Part shown: positions 1 through 19,489 of the stretch, one piece after another
Position numbering within the stretch: the stretch's first letter is position 1
Layout: every line of letters begins with the position of its first letter
Assembly: GCA_963693365.1 (NCBI GenBank)
Contig: CAVNZM010000008.1
Span: 2,294,001 to 2,358,000, forward strand
DNA length: 64,000 nucleotides
Direction of reading: 5' to 3'
Source: Amoebidium appalachense
Taxonomy: Eukaryota > Protista > Ichthyosporea
Notes under the pieces: generated by a model
The model's input: the letters and a program-made list of their open reading frames with translations, nothing else
Told to the model about the DNA's origin: nothing
The model's database searches: none
Program-made: the position numbers and the translations under genes

Positions 1-3702
<3,702 letters not shown>

Positions 3703-4614
3703 ACCTGCATTGAATTTCTTCGTTGTGTCACAACACATGTACACCCGAGACTCCAGGCAACCCGGGGCTTCAAGCTTCTCCCCCTTTTTAATGGAACTGA
3801 AGCTTTATTGAAAAATTTGTGGGAAGAGTTGTTCGTGTGTTAGATTCTATGTGATGTAGAACACTTTGACCAATAGTTCTGACAAATCGACTGGGTATGG
3901 GTGCGCTTTTGGGAGTTGTGCAGTTAACGCTCAAAAGCAGATGCTTCGACATTTCTGCAACAGATTAGTGAATGGCAAGATCAAAGTTGAAAGTCAAAGA
4001 TTTACGGATGCCAAATACTTCTACACATAAATACAAAGCTTTGTTCAGAAGGACTCCACAACACTTGGTTTCACATTGGATTGTCAGTAGCTTTTTCGAT
4101 TTGACCAACTGGGTTGGGTATGAATAGATGTCAATTATCAGAGTGTTCACCATGGCCCTGGCCAACATCACAATTAATGCCATCCATCCCAGCCACTCAC
4201 AAATGTGCCCTGGACACACAACAGGTCAACGAAACAACGACATGTATTGCTCTGCCGTACACGTATCGTATTGCCAGAATCTCCTATGGTGGGTTTGAAT
4301 TGGAGCAGGCCTCGTATACCTTGAATAAATATGACCCTTTTTTGTGTGCACATGCATGTTTGTATGATATCCAGTCAGCCGTATTGCAACATGCACGCCA
4401 TCGACATGAGCGTATGTGTACATGTACAGCTAATTCTTTGCAGACCACAAACTACCAGACTACCGTACACCTCTGGCTAGAGTGGCTAACAAGCAAACAA
4501 CATTCACATGTGGTGGCACATGTTGGCTGAATATGCACAGGTGCTCCATGCATGCCATCACAATAGAATACTCATCCACGTCATCAATAACCATTCCTAT
4601 TGGCTGCGTCCTAC

Positions 4615-5310
4615 CCACAGAGCTTCCAATAGAAAGGCGCCTCGATATGCATCATATTGCCGGCAGGCACAAGATTCGCTTGATATATTGTATCGATGCC
4701 TGACAGTCAGTGCATAAACAAAGCAAAGTCTACTGTAACCTGTTGGACTCCCTTAATAGCTTTATAGTTTTAATATTTTCTCCGTGCGTCACCATTTGTA
4801 CACATATGATATGTCTGGTAATACTCCGTATCTGCATAAAGTGATCTTGGGATCGGACCGAGTGCGTATCTTGTACATGTACATGCAGATCTTGTCTGGA
4901 TCTCATGAGAGGACCGCCCAGAAGCACTGACTCACTCGTTCGAAATTCACATACCTTCAGCTGATTCTAAAGACAATAATAGTTTTCTAATTAGAGGCCA
5001 TGAAAGTACTAGATGCTTGCTGCAGGCTAAATAGAGGTTTATATGATCCTTATAGGTTATTTTTATAACGACATGCACCAGATGCACATAGCATGTTCAC
5101 GTATGCACGAAACTATAACCATGCCATGGCATCGAGAAACAGAGAAATATGGAAACTAGTAATAAATAGGAGCTCACTTCTTCGATCCTCAGTACTAAAA
5201 GTCCAAAGGAGATTCTGTTCGTATTTCTTATCCCCATGAAGCGCAGGAAACCGTTCAAGCTGTTCATGGAAGTAACTGCCTTGCAGCGGTTGTAATAATA
5301 GGAATGGAGA
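4615..5310 (-). CDS. Possible short-exon gene of unknown function
   Basis: Phase-compatible GT-AG chain 5310..5178, 4966..4955, 4831..4740, 4699..4615 reads open (LHSYYYNRCK…RIEE|NQLK|IRSITRHII…|HRYNISSESCACRQY…). No start, end or family recognised. Confidence 0.25.
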
Positions 5311-5893
5311 CTGGAGATGGGACCCCAAACGGGGACGGAGCCAATGGCATACAGCAAGGAAACAACGGTGGGGGCCAGGTGAGATTAACACGGGCGTAGC
5401 TGCTTCTAGTTAGTTTATTAGACGCCCCAACGCCCGTTTCCCCCTCTCCCCCTCCCGTCCCCCCTCCCGTCCCCTCTCCTCCCCGTTCCCCCGCCCGCTT
5501 CCCCCCCCCCGGGACGGCACTCCCCCCCCCTTCCCCCTTAACAACCAGGAAACCTTGTCTCCCTCTCCGCTCATTACTTTGCACACATCCCTGTCTGTTA
5601 ACCATGTCGTGCTTGTCTATAACATTTACCTTGCACTTTGCTATATGAACCAACCTCGTCTTGGTGCTGCCTCATCACCAACCACTGGTCATATCAGCGT
5701 TCGAACATTAGGAGCAACTTTTTCCTCTCCACTCATAGTTGAATGACACTTGTTTCAGTGCACCTGCTCATTTAATTTTTCTCAGCTATTGCGCCTTCTT
5801 GTTTTGAGGAGAGTTGGGATGTCAGTTTTGTTTGTTCTCACCTGTTTGCTTTGCATCTGATACCTCCTGATCGTTTTTCTCTCACTCCCACAG

Positions 5894-6638
5894 CTCTACG
5901 AGAATGTGAATGTCCAAGCGCTGAATGCCCAAGCTCTCCAGGGTTTGCGAGTGCGAAACATGGTACAAGTTGCTTTGGACAACAGCTCAGCGAGCAATTT
6001 TTCTTTACAACAAATAAACACACAAGGAAACCTTTTCCAAGGAGCATCCAGTGGTAGTTTCATGGATAGCCAAGGAGACCAAGCAGATTTTCAGACACAG
6101 TTTCAAAACCAACAGAAAGCGTTGGCGCAAACACAGCAGCAGCAACAACAGCTAGCTCCCCAGCAACCATCCTTGAACCCAACATTTCCAAACTTAGCTG
6201 AACTGTATTTTGGCCAGCAAGGATTACCAGCTCAACCGCACATGTCTGTTGATCCATTTAGAAACCAGCCTGTGTATGACCCAACAGGGTCGCAGTTCCA
6301 GCAATTTTCGGGTCGGCCGAATGGGCAAGAGCAGGGGGGCAATGCTGCCCAGATGGCTCTTACGAATGGATTGTCACTTGTTGGGCAGGTATGATATGAT
6401 GTTTTTGAAGTCCTGCCAGTGGGTACTGATTTCATGTGTCAAGAAAGTGTAATGTGGTGGGGTGTAGTCCATTTCGGTAGCTCTTTTATTTTTTATCGTG
6501 GTTTAGCTTTTCCTTGCAGTGTCGTGCTCTCTCTCCTTCGTTATTTTCCTCTTTTATCTTTTATCTCTCTCTCCTCTCTTTCTCCCCCCCCCCCCCCCTC
6601 TTTCTCTCTCTCTCCCCCCCCCCCCCCCCCCCCGCCCT

Positions 6639-6692
<54 letters not shown>

Positions 6693-7986
6693 ATCTATCT
6701 CTCGCGGCACTCTCTCCCTCTCTCTCGCACTCTCTTTCTCTCTCTCCCTCTCTCTCTGTCCCCCCCACCCCCACCCTTCCTCTCTATCTCCTCTATTCTC
6801 CCTCTTTCGCTCTTTGCGTCCTCCCCTCCCCACCCTCCCCCCTCCCCCCTGTCCCCCATCTCTCGTTTCTTCCCTGATTCTGTGTCCCCTGTTCCCTCCC
6901 CTTCCCCAGTGCATCCGGTTCCTTTGTTTCTTCTGTTCTTCACTTCCCTTCACCTCCATTCGTTCCCTTTCCTTCTTGTGTGCCCCTTCATGGCTGTAAG
7001 CAGACTCATTCAGCCCTCTCCCTCCCTCTCTCCACCCCTTCCTCTCTGCCTTCCCGCCTGTGTCTAATTCGCCTTTTCTCTCTGCCCACCTTTCTCCTCC
7101 CCCCCCCCCCCCCCCCTCTCCCCTTTGAAAGATCTGCATCACACACACAGACACACACACACATGTGAATATAAATATGTAGTTCTTCCTGTCTCCCTTC
7201 CTCTCCATCTTCCTTACCCCCTCTTCCTCCCTCTCACATGCTCACCATCATCAATCCCCCCTCTTCTTTCCCACCATTTATTTTGCTCTCTTTCTGAGCC
7301 CCCGCCCCCCCCCCCCCCCTCCCTCCGGGTACTGTGGATGACGTGGGCCCCCCCTGAGGATGGGCTCTGCTTATTATGCATACTCTTTATGTATGGCTTG
7401 CATTCTGCATCGTGTTATCCGTTTGTTCTTGTGTACTTCGTACTTTTTGACGCATTCAAAACCCCCCTCCCCTCCCTCCCTCCCTCCCCCCCCCCCCCCC
7501 CCCCCCCCCCCCCGCCCGCCCGCCCGGGGCCGTCCCCCGGTGCTGTCTGCAACCTTTTCCGTGTCCCCTTGGCCTTTCTAGATTAGTATGAATAGGCACA
7601 CACCTTCGTGCATAGTTTCTTTGGTAGTGAGCATATGGACGTGTACTTTCCTATGCATATCCTAATCGGCCACACCAGACCCATGCACGCACGCACCTGC
7701 TCATCCACTCACTCACAGTCTCTCTTTCATGTGTGTGTGTGTGTGTGTGTAGTCTTTCATGTGTGTGTGTGTGTGTGTGTAGGTGTGTGTGTGTGTGTAG
7801 GTGTGTGTGTGCGTGCGTGTGTACGTGTGTGTGTGTATGTAGGTGTGTACCCACACGTATGTTCATTTCTGTCTCCCTATTTTCGTTCCGGGCCCCCATG
7901 CCTCACGCAGATGACTAACACCAGCACACAACCACACGAACACAAATGACTTGCATGAGCAGCAGTGCGTACACCACACGTGGGCG

Positions 7987-8069
<83 letters not shown>

Positions 8070-8949
8070 CTTGGGAGCTTCTCCAGCATATCCAACATGT
8101 TATACGGGCAGGGCTCAGCCGGCCTCTTGCGCGCAGGGGTTGGTGGGCTTGGTGTGTCATCTATGCCCAACCTATCATTGAATATGGGCGGAGCTGGGGA
8201 TCTGCTCCAACCGCAGCTGAATTTGGGCTCAAATTCTGCACTGTTACAAGCACAACAGGTGCTTATGCAGGTAGGGGTGTGTGGGGGTGTGTGTGTGTGG
8301 GAGGGGGGGGGGGGGGGGGGGGGGGGGGCAGGTTGCGGGAATGTGTGTGGGTGGGTAGGTTTGGCTTTGTGGGTGCGGGTGTCCTTGTGGTTGGACATGG
8401 GTGGGTGTGTGTGTGGATGGGCAGGTCTGGATATGGGCGTGGGTGTGGGTGTGGTTGGGTAGGTGGAAATCGGTGTTTGGGTGGGTGAGTGGGTGGGTGG
8501 ATGGGTACGCGGGTGTGTGTTGTCCTTGTTCGAGGGAGAGAGAGAGACACACACACAGAGAGAGAGGGAGAGAGAGGCCGGTGTGTCTGTCTGTGTGTAT
8601 GTGTGTATCTGTATGGGTAGCAGGCACTTGTTTTCCTATGTGCGTGCGCGTAGTGGGTGTCTCGACCACCACTATTCCTCTCTTATATGGCATCACATCT
8701 TTACCTCTTGATGTTTGTTTCTATTTGGTATTATTATCTACCCATTTATTTTTTCCGTTGCAACGGGTATTCGCGCTCTTGCAAACAGCATACTTATGGC
8801 TGCCGTGTTACAGTCCTACAGTACGTGCAGCAGCTTTTTCTGATCTGTGTTTTTTTTTCGTTTACATGTCTTGCTTAATAGGTTAATCTGACCGTTTCAA
8901 ATGGTCAAATTCAATTCCTTCGTGTATCATATTACGTCTAACTCATACA

Positions 8950-8999
<50 letters not shown>

Positions 9000-9064
9000 C
9001 TCTTTCTCCCCCCCCCCCCCCTCTCTTCCAACTAAACACACCCACGAACACACACACACCCACC

Positions 9065-9108
<44 letters not shown>

Positions 9109-10117
9109 CACACACACACTACAGCAGCCTTTTCTGATCTGCAATGTCCCACCCAACTCCTACTTTTACCCATTATTAAGCCGATCGCCTCATCGCTTTA
9201 TCTCCATTGGCTAACAACCTAACCACCAAACAGCAACAACAACAGACACAGGCACTCCTCCAGCAACAAGCCCAACAACAACAGCAACAACAACAAGTAG
9301 AGCTACTCCTATTGCAACTACACGCCATGCGCCAGCGGCAACAACAACAAATCCAGTCGCTTTTACAGACGCACCAACTAGAACAGTTGGATTTGTTGGC
9401 GAGATTACAAGCGGCTATGGGAGGGGCAAGTATTATGCCGAGCACACAGCCCACCACACCTACAACACAACAGCAACAGCAGCAGTCTGTGCCGCATACA
9501 CCCCAGAGGAGTGAAGATGGGGATATGAAACTTCAGCAGGCAGATGCAAACCAACAGGTAATGCAGACACACAAACAGCTGGGCACGTGTGGAGGAACAG
9601 CTACACATGTACACGTTTAGACTCAGGACATATTCTAACCCGCAAGCATGTGTATGCACAACATGCACGCGTTTGCTTGTACACGTGCACACATGAGGCA
9701 CACACAGGTAGAACATAACATATATGGGCGGAAACACACATGTGCAAGCACAAGCACATGCACGAAAACACTTGCATACACACACACAGACACAAATATG
9801 CACAAAAGATATTCAACACTCCCAGGATCGTGCTAATGCACAGACACGCACATCAACATGAGCACCTGCATGAACACAGGCGCACACATGTACACGAAAC
9901 CACACACACACACACACACATGCGCGCGCGCGCATGCGCGCAAACACACACATGCACATGCACATGCACCACTCACACACACAAGTACGCCTGCAGACAC
10001 ACATACACATGTGCACATGCAACACAAGCACACCCACACACACACCACACACATATTCTTTACCAGCGCATGCGACCGCGTGCTCGACGCGCACCCTCAC
10101 ACACACACATTCACTTC

Positions 10118-10148
<31 letters not shown>

Positions 10149-11761
10149 CCCTCCCCCCCCCCCCCTCACTCCCTCACTCCCTCCCTCCCTCCCTCTTTCT
10201 CTCTCTCTTTCCCTCGCCAATTACAAGACACAGAGACAGGCACATACACCACACACAAACATGTAAAGCACGTCAACCTAATAATGTGGACGTGCAGAAC
10301 ATGCTTGAAAACAGACACCCGCATTCCCCCCCCCCCCACCCCCACCCCCACCCCCACCCCCCCCCCCCCTTGTCCCGCAAAAAGCCTGCACCCCTTTTCC
10401 TGTCTGCACGGTCCTGTTCATAAAAATGCATGCTCTGACCATGCCCACACAACCAAACATCTACCCACCAAAAAACCCTAACTCTCAATCTATCGAAATT
10501 CCCAGCCCACCACCACAGCACCGCCGACACCCCAGAAAACACCCAACGAAGTTTCCGAAAACACCAACGGGCAGACACAGACCGGCACCTCACTAACCCA
10601 AAATCCGCAACCAAAATCCGGAGGCAACCTCCCACCCCCCACCCCCACCCACGCACCACCACCACCACCACAACAACACACGGCACAAGAAACAGCACCC
10701 CCGAAACAACAAAAAACCAACGCCAAACAACAAACACGCGCCACTGCACCCGCAACGAACACACAGGGGCAAACACAGGACAAAACACAACATTTGACGC
10801 AACCGCGGGGAAAGGTGCTAGGAACAACGCCCCCAGGCACACGACCAACAAGCCCACAACCTACACAGCCACCACAACGCCCACCAAGCGCAACCCCTGC
10901 AAGCCCAAAACACGTACCCGGTGCACCACCTTTTCCACCCATGCACATGCCATATATGCCGCCACCACACATACCATGGTTTCCGGGGATGCCCCCCCTC
11001 CGTTTTTAGTTCCCCCCGGCGCATATCCGGGACCCCCGCGCCCCCCAGGTCCTATGGGGATGTATTCTGTAAAGGGTGCTGTGTCTTCGGAGAAGGATGG
11101 GTCGGGTGATCATGAAGGGAGTGGGAATGATAGCGATAGTGATAGGAGGAGGGATGATGCAATGTATTCGACGGAGGAGAGTGAAGCGGTGTCACAGAAG
11201 AGGGAGAGAAACTCGGCTGCTTCGACAAGGTTTAGAATGCGGAAGAAACAGAAGGTGTGTAGGTGTGTGTGTGGGGGGGGGGAGGGGGGGAGTGGGGGTG
11301 GGAGTGGGGTGGGGTGGACGGGTTGGGGGGGGGGGCGGGGGGGGAAGGGGGGGAAGAGGGGGGGGGGGGGACCGGGGGGGGACCGGGGGCGGGGTAGGGG
11401 TGTGGGTGTGGGTGGTGGGGGTGAGCGGGGCCGATGTTGTGTGTGTGTGTGCATGTGTGTGGGTGTTGGTGTGTTCGTGTGTGTGTTTTGTTTACGGCAG
11501 ATGGGCTGTATTTCATTGTTGGTGATGCATGTGTGTGCCTGTGTGTGTTGTGCCTGCTCTGCTTGCGGTTAAAGAAGGGGGGGAAGGGGAGGGGTGGGGG
11601 GGGGGGGGGGGGGGGGTGGATGGGGGGGTTCGATTGTAATCGTAGTGATGGAGTGTTTGTTGTGAAAGGAAAGGGGGGGGGGGGGGGGAGAGAAGGGGTC
11701 GGTTGGAGAGGGGAGGGGAAGGGTTGTAGAAAAAGAGAGAGACAAAGAAATATGGAGAAGT

Positions 11762-11818
<57 letters not shown>

Positions 11819-11821
11819 CCA

Positions 11822-11862
<41 letters not shown>

Positions 11863-12493
11863 ACAATGTGTCCTTTACATCGTATGAACCTTTGGCCTGA
11901 GAGATGGTGCAGGCTGTTACAGGGAGGCAGCATGTGGTGCAGTCTGGCAGGAAGGAAAGAAGAAGGGGAGGGGGGGGGAGGGGGGAAGGGTATGCTTTTA
12001 CCATAGAAATGCATGGATGGGCGTGAGGGAGATGACGGGAAAGGTAGTGATTAGAGATAGGCTCGAGTGTGTAGGTGAAAGGCATGGGGGTTGGGGGTAT
12101 TAAATTGTGTGGGTGTTCAGACTTGCTTGCATCGGTGTAAGTTCGAAGTTTTTGATGTGTTGTTGACTTTTTGTGTTTATACAGATGTTGGAGCTGCAAC
12201 GTGCCACCCAAGAAATGGCCAACAAATGCAACCAACTGGAACAAGAGTGTGCAGCCCTCGAACAGGACGTGACTAGGCTGAAGGCAAGATTGACCCACGG
12301 TGCGGAGGTGAAGCAAGAGCCCAATGCGGATGGTACCTCCATGCAGATGCAAGGGGGGCAGGCAAAACCGTATAACTATCAAGAGCATGCCGCAAAGTTT
12401 GGGATGGTGCGGGGAGGGGGGGAACAGGGCGCGCGTGCCGGGGCAGGGAATCAACGAACGGGGGGAGGAAGCAAACAAAAACAGCAGAAATAG
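5894..12493 (+). CDS. bZIP transcription factor with Gln/Pro-rich N-terminus (MetR/Cys-3/Zip1-like basic region)
   Basis: Exons 5894..6388, 8064..8270, 9234..9557, 10506..11254, 12185..12493, all phase 0. Basic region [19 protein letters not shown] is spliced to a zipper with heptad L/M ([36 protein letters not shown]). One extra C is needed in the C7 run at 10992-10998. The start may be ATG 5645 via small upstream exons (uncertain). Confidence 0.88.
7326..7465 (+). mobile_element. Poly-C-terminated interspersed repeat, 140-bp copy
   Basis: Identical by eye to 43908..44047. Embedded between C-rich tracts in a bZIP intron. Confidence 0.85.
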
Positions 12494-12693
12494 TGGGTGT
12501 AGGGGGTGTGGGTATTAGGTGGGAGAGTATAGCTGGATACTTGTGTGTGTTTGGTTGCGCATGTTGTGATGGTGTAGAACGTGCGCGCATGTGGGCCCCG
12601 CGTGCGCAAGGTAGCTATAGCTATACACACGCACTCAGACACGACGCTCGCGCACCTCTTGCCCCCCCCCCCCGGCCGTCCCTCACCACCACA

Positions 12694-12726
<33 letters not shown>

Positions 12727-13753
12727 GGAGCGGATTTAGCCGGGCCTACATCACGCAGTATTGCATACACAATTCAGGTGCACAACATGCATACACGTGT
12801 ATGCCCCTATGACGTACGCATCAGCGCACACGGTTGCACACATAGGGTGCCATGTAGTGCTGCCGTGCACACACACAACCAGCATAAACCAATCATATCT
12901 GCGATTCAGCATAAACCAATCATATTGTGCGATTGGTGCGAATGGAAGCTGCTAGTAGTTCACAGAATTGTAGTGTTTGTTTTTCTACTCGGCATTATGT
13001 GTTTAAAATACTGTTTAACTGGGTCGCATATGAATTACAATACAGCATGTTGGAGGTTTCGGTAGGCTTAGACCAGTGGTGAATCGAGCGCGGTTAAATA
13101 TCCCATATTTAGGCATTTTAGTGTGCCTTTGGATTTATTCTTAAATTTCGAATGGCCGTGTGTGCCTGGTTGCACACAAGGTTTAGATGGCTGAGCATGA
13201 ATATTTCATGATGACGAGAACTCACTCCCCATTGAGCTCATGAGCTTGCAGCAAAGAAAACATCCCGTATGCTTATGCATCCGTACATACATTATGCTTA
13301 ATTCGAAGACCCCCCCTCCCCCCCTTCCCGCCCCCTCCCCCACAGATATAGATTTATCGTTGCAGAGGCTGAACATGTACATGCATCTTTGCTATGTCGT
13401 CCTCGCATGTTGGACACTTCTCTTGGCATTCGTTTCACCTGCATGCTGAATTCACTAATAGTGCTAAAGGTTCTCTGTGCTGTCTGTTGTCATGGTCACC
13501 TCACAATTATACTCAGTCTGTTATAACCGCAATTTCATCGATCCCTCCCCTCCCCCTCCCCCCCCCCCCCCCCCCCCCTCCCCTCCCAAAAAAATCCCTC
13601 CCCCCCCCCCCCCCCCCCCCCCCCCCCCGCCCGCCCCAATGCACTTACCACGTCAGGCACGCACGCACGCACACATGCATGCACACACACACACACACAC
13701 ACGCACGCACGCACGCACACACACGCACACACACACACATACAAGCACAAACG

Positions 13754-13843
<90 letters not shown>

Positions 13844-14498
13844 TTTGTACACACACACACACAACCGCCCCTCCGGATCCCCCCCCCCCCCCCCCCCCCC
13901 CCCTACCCTGTTGCCTTTTGCCCCATGTAACGCCGCAGTAAATAGTTTTCACTGACTGCAGATTACATCTCTTTATAATGCGGCTGATGTCCAAATATGA
14001 TTAGTTATGCCTGTATTTTATATGGTGTTGCATTTTTTTTTTTAAGAATGACAAATGATGGTCTGGCACAATTTTTTTTCGTGATTAGACTACATAATTA
14101 TTCTCATGACATGTACTTGATTCCGATTGAACTGTTTTTTTTGTACATGTGGGGAAAAAAAAAGAAAACACCTGCAGCCTCAATAATTTACTCGCATGTA
14201 CAGTAACATATTTGCAAGCTGCACACCACCCCCTCGCTAGAATAACTTTTCTTCCTCAGTCGGACCCTCCGCCCACACACACATACACCATGGATTCATA
14301 CACACACACGCACGCACACGTACATGTACATGTGATGCACACAGTACACACGCATACACACCATGCTCACACATACACCATGCAAGCCCGCACACCCGCA
14401 CACACACAACACCAACAACACCCCCCCCCCCCCCCCCCCCCCCCCCCCCGACCCTCCCCCCCCCCCCCCCCCTTTCACCCCCCCCAAAAACACACCGT

Positions 14499-14557
<59 letters not shown>

Positions 14558-14965
14558 CCTGTCGAGCACCTATGTACGTGCCCACAACGAAGCAAACTGT
14601 GTGCACAACTACGTCTAAGGGTTGTCATGCCCGTGCATGTGGATGGGTTGCAGTTATCCGCTGTATGTCTATTATTTTCACCAATGGCTTAGCTGAGCAC
14701 ACAGATAGCCCTATTTAGTGTACTGTCGGTGCTGTGTGGTAGACGATAGTTCCCTCGAGGGCCTGCAAGGGTCCTCCGGGAACAAAACATGAGGAGAAAA
14801 AAAAAAAAAAAAAACTAGTACTTCGCTTCCGCAACTGCTTCGGGTCCGTTTGCTACACATGCCGCTTCTTTTGGGAAGGGCTAGCAGCGTTGAAATTCTT
14901 TCCCGTTCGAACTTTTTGTTTTCCTTTTCTGTTCTTTCTCTTCTTTCCTTTTCTCCATCATACCC

Positions 14966-14997
<32 letters not shown>

Positions 14998-15662
14998 CCC
15001 CTCCCCCCTCCCCCCTCCCCCCTCCAAAGCCAATTTTTGGATATCATGATACGGCAATGTATATGTCGGAGTCCCAGGCGTGGATTGGTTCTTGCATACC
15101 GTGGTAGGATAAGTGCTTCAAGTGTATTTCTGGAATATTTAATACAGCCTGTTTGCCAATGGAGAGGTTATGCCGTACTAGCGATATTATAAAAATTTGT
15201 ATTATTGGGTGTATGATGAATATTCATGAATTCTTTGTGGTCTATCTAATTTCTTTAAAACATTTACACGGAATATCTCCCCGTGAGACTCGGAGATGAA
15301 ATCACCCTCCCATTTTGTTTTTGTCTACTACAATGACCTTGTGGGCACTGTTTGCAAAGTCTATGCTACAATATTGATATTCCGGCTTTTTTTTGTATCA
15401 TTGAAACTTTTTTTTCGCAGGCCAAAACTTCCCGCCAAAATTTCTATATTTGGCTAAGTGATGCGATCGCGCGCGAATTACTGTATCTGATATGGTATAA
15501 AAAAGAAGCAAGGTGCATTTCACAGCCCGTGCTCAATAATAAAGTGGGTGGGCATCATGATGTGTTCAACTTGGTAGGTGGACGGTGGTGATGATGGTCG
15601 AACTAGGTGCATTCTGTGTGCGTGCGCATAGTCTGAGACGCGCACACGTGCGTGCGCGCACG

Positions 15663-15702
<40 letters not shown>

Positions 15703-15708
15703 CGCGTA

Positions 15709-15741
<33 letters not shown>

Positions 15742-15743
15742 CA

Positions 15744-15806
<63 letters not shown>

Positions 15807-16108
15807 TGCGTGTGTGCGCCATGCGCGTGTCGTGGTGACCCTTCCGTGATGTTGGTTGAAGCTGGGGGAGGGGAGAGAGGGGGAGGAGGAAAAGGGAGGG
15901 AAAGGGGGGGAAGAGGGGTAGGACAACTCTGTGGTTCTGTCTCTACCTATTAAGGAACAATACCGGCATCTTCACACATACATACTGAGTGATGCACCCA
16001 AGGTCTGGCCTGATATTTATTGAAAGAAGCGATCACACATACGTGCGCGCGCACGAACGCACGCACGCACGCACGCACGCACACACGCACGCACATACAC
16101 ACACTGTG

Positions 16109-16234
<126 letters not shown>

Positions 16235-16276
16235 AAGAGAGAGAGACACACACAGACACACACAGACACCCCCCCC

Positions 16277-16336
<60 letters not shown>

Positions 16337-16410
16337 AAAATTAGCCCACATATCCGAAATCTTCGTCATTTACATGTATTCACAGAGCATTTTTTCCTAA
16401 ATTTTGGGTG

Positions 16411-17248
16411 GTAGTGAAAGTTGAGCTGCCAAAACTGTGCCCTCCACCCGCCAGCGTGGTACGGCAACACTTCTTCGTCTTTGTCTTGTGGTGGGTTCTT
16501 GAGTGGGTGCTTGTCTGGGATGGCAACAACAATGCACACTGTTTCAAAACTTACGGATTTACAGTCGTGGATTGCCAGCGCCGCAGCTACTCCCTCGGCG
16601 CCTTGACACTTCTTGACCAAGCGCGTGGGGCCGCGCGTGGGGCCGAGGCGCTGCTCTGTTGCAGAGAATGGGAAAAATGCGAAAATCCCTGTGGAATTTC
16701 AAAAATGATTTTGTGATTGATCGGCATACCTGGGCCGTTAACTAATTGCCGAATGCCGATGCCAGGATCAGACTCAGGGTCACAGAGAAAGTCCGACAAG
16801 TTTTGATGCAGCCGCCGCGGAAGAAGAACAACAACAACAACAACAAGAAAACAAAACAAAACAAAAAAAACAAAAAAAAACAAACAAAAAAAAAAAAAAA
16901 AAAAAAAAAAACGCACACACATTACATATTACTTGACGCTAGCAAATATTACATAATAATTGACGCTAGCATCCAGCGTGGAGCATCAATTAACCGCTTT
17001 ATGAATATATCTATTGATGAATAGTAGCCAATAAGTTTATTAATTTTGCGTTCTGATTGGAAGGTATTTATAGGCGCTGGCACCATGGCAATGGGCTTTA
17101 GCCCATCTCTCTGAGTTTGAAGTGTTTTCAAATTCGCATCTTCCTCTGACAAGACACCACCACTAGCAGGAGTAACGATAAGTGTGGGGCTTGGCATGTT
17201 CGAATCAGTGTTTGCGCTCGAGGAGCTGTAGTTGGCGTGAGCTGCCAT
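16411..17248 (-). pseudogene. Rolling-stone-like membrane protein gene, copy 1 (5' fragment only, interrupted)
   Basis: MAAHANYSSSSANTDSNMPSPTLIVTPASGGVLSEEDANLKTLQ matches copy 3. Resumes after a ~540-bp insertion as IHDCKSVSFETVCIV…EEVLPYHAGGWRAQFWQLNFHY, then similarity stops. Confidence 0.75.
16573..17116 (+). mobile_element. Non-autonomous Helentron/Helitron2-like element
   Basis: Absent from paralog copy 3 (empty site ggaTTTgaag). Terminal tgccagcgcc (16573) with subterminal inverted ggcgctggca (17073-17082), then hairpin atgggct-tt-agcccat (17091-17106). Both junctions are in T runs, with no classical TSD. Confidence 0.6.
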
Positions 17249-17551
17249 TATAGCGGGTAGGCGATTGCTGTGGAATAAGCGGAACACAAAAAAACAACAC
17301 AAAAAGGTAAAAAGCATTTGTGGAAGATTAAAGTACGTTGAAGTACTGGTTACAAAAGAGCTGCCTTGCACAAGCACGAATCAAATTGTAGTACACTACG
17401 AACTCCTTTTGTTCTCGCTAAGAAATACTATAAAACATGTGGCTAGTTCACGATGGGCTTATCAGTAGTAGTATGTACATGGGCAACCCATAAAAGGCAA
17501 TAAGCATATGGTGCCGAGGAAAAAATAGTCATCATAGGTGAGCCCATCTAG

Positions 17552-19489
<1,938 letters not shown>

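Noticed and set aside
4615-4699. SCACRQY as the start of a SWIM zinc finger of a MULE transposase
   Set aside because: The CxH half and any DDE domain are not found in frame.
8828-9141. ~20-bp direct repeat (cagcagcyttttctgatctg) flanking ~290 bp
   Set aside because: Could be a TSD, but the enclosed DNA is mostly microsatellite and no second copy or empty site is available.
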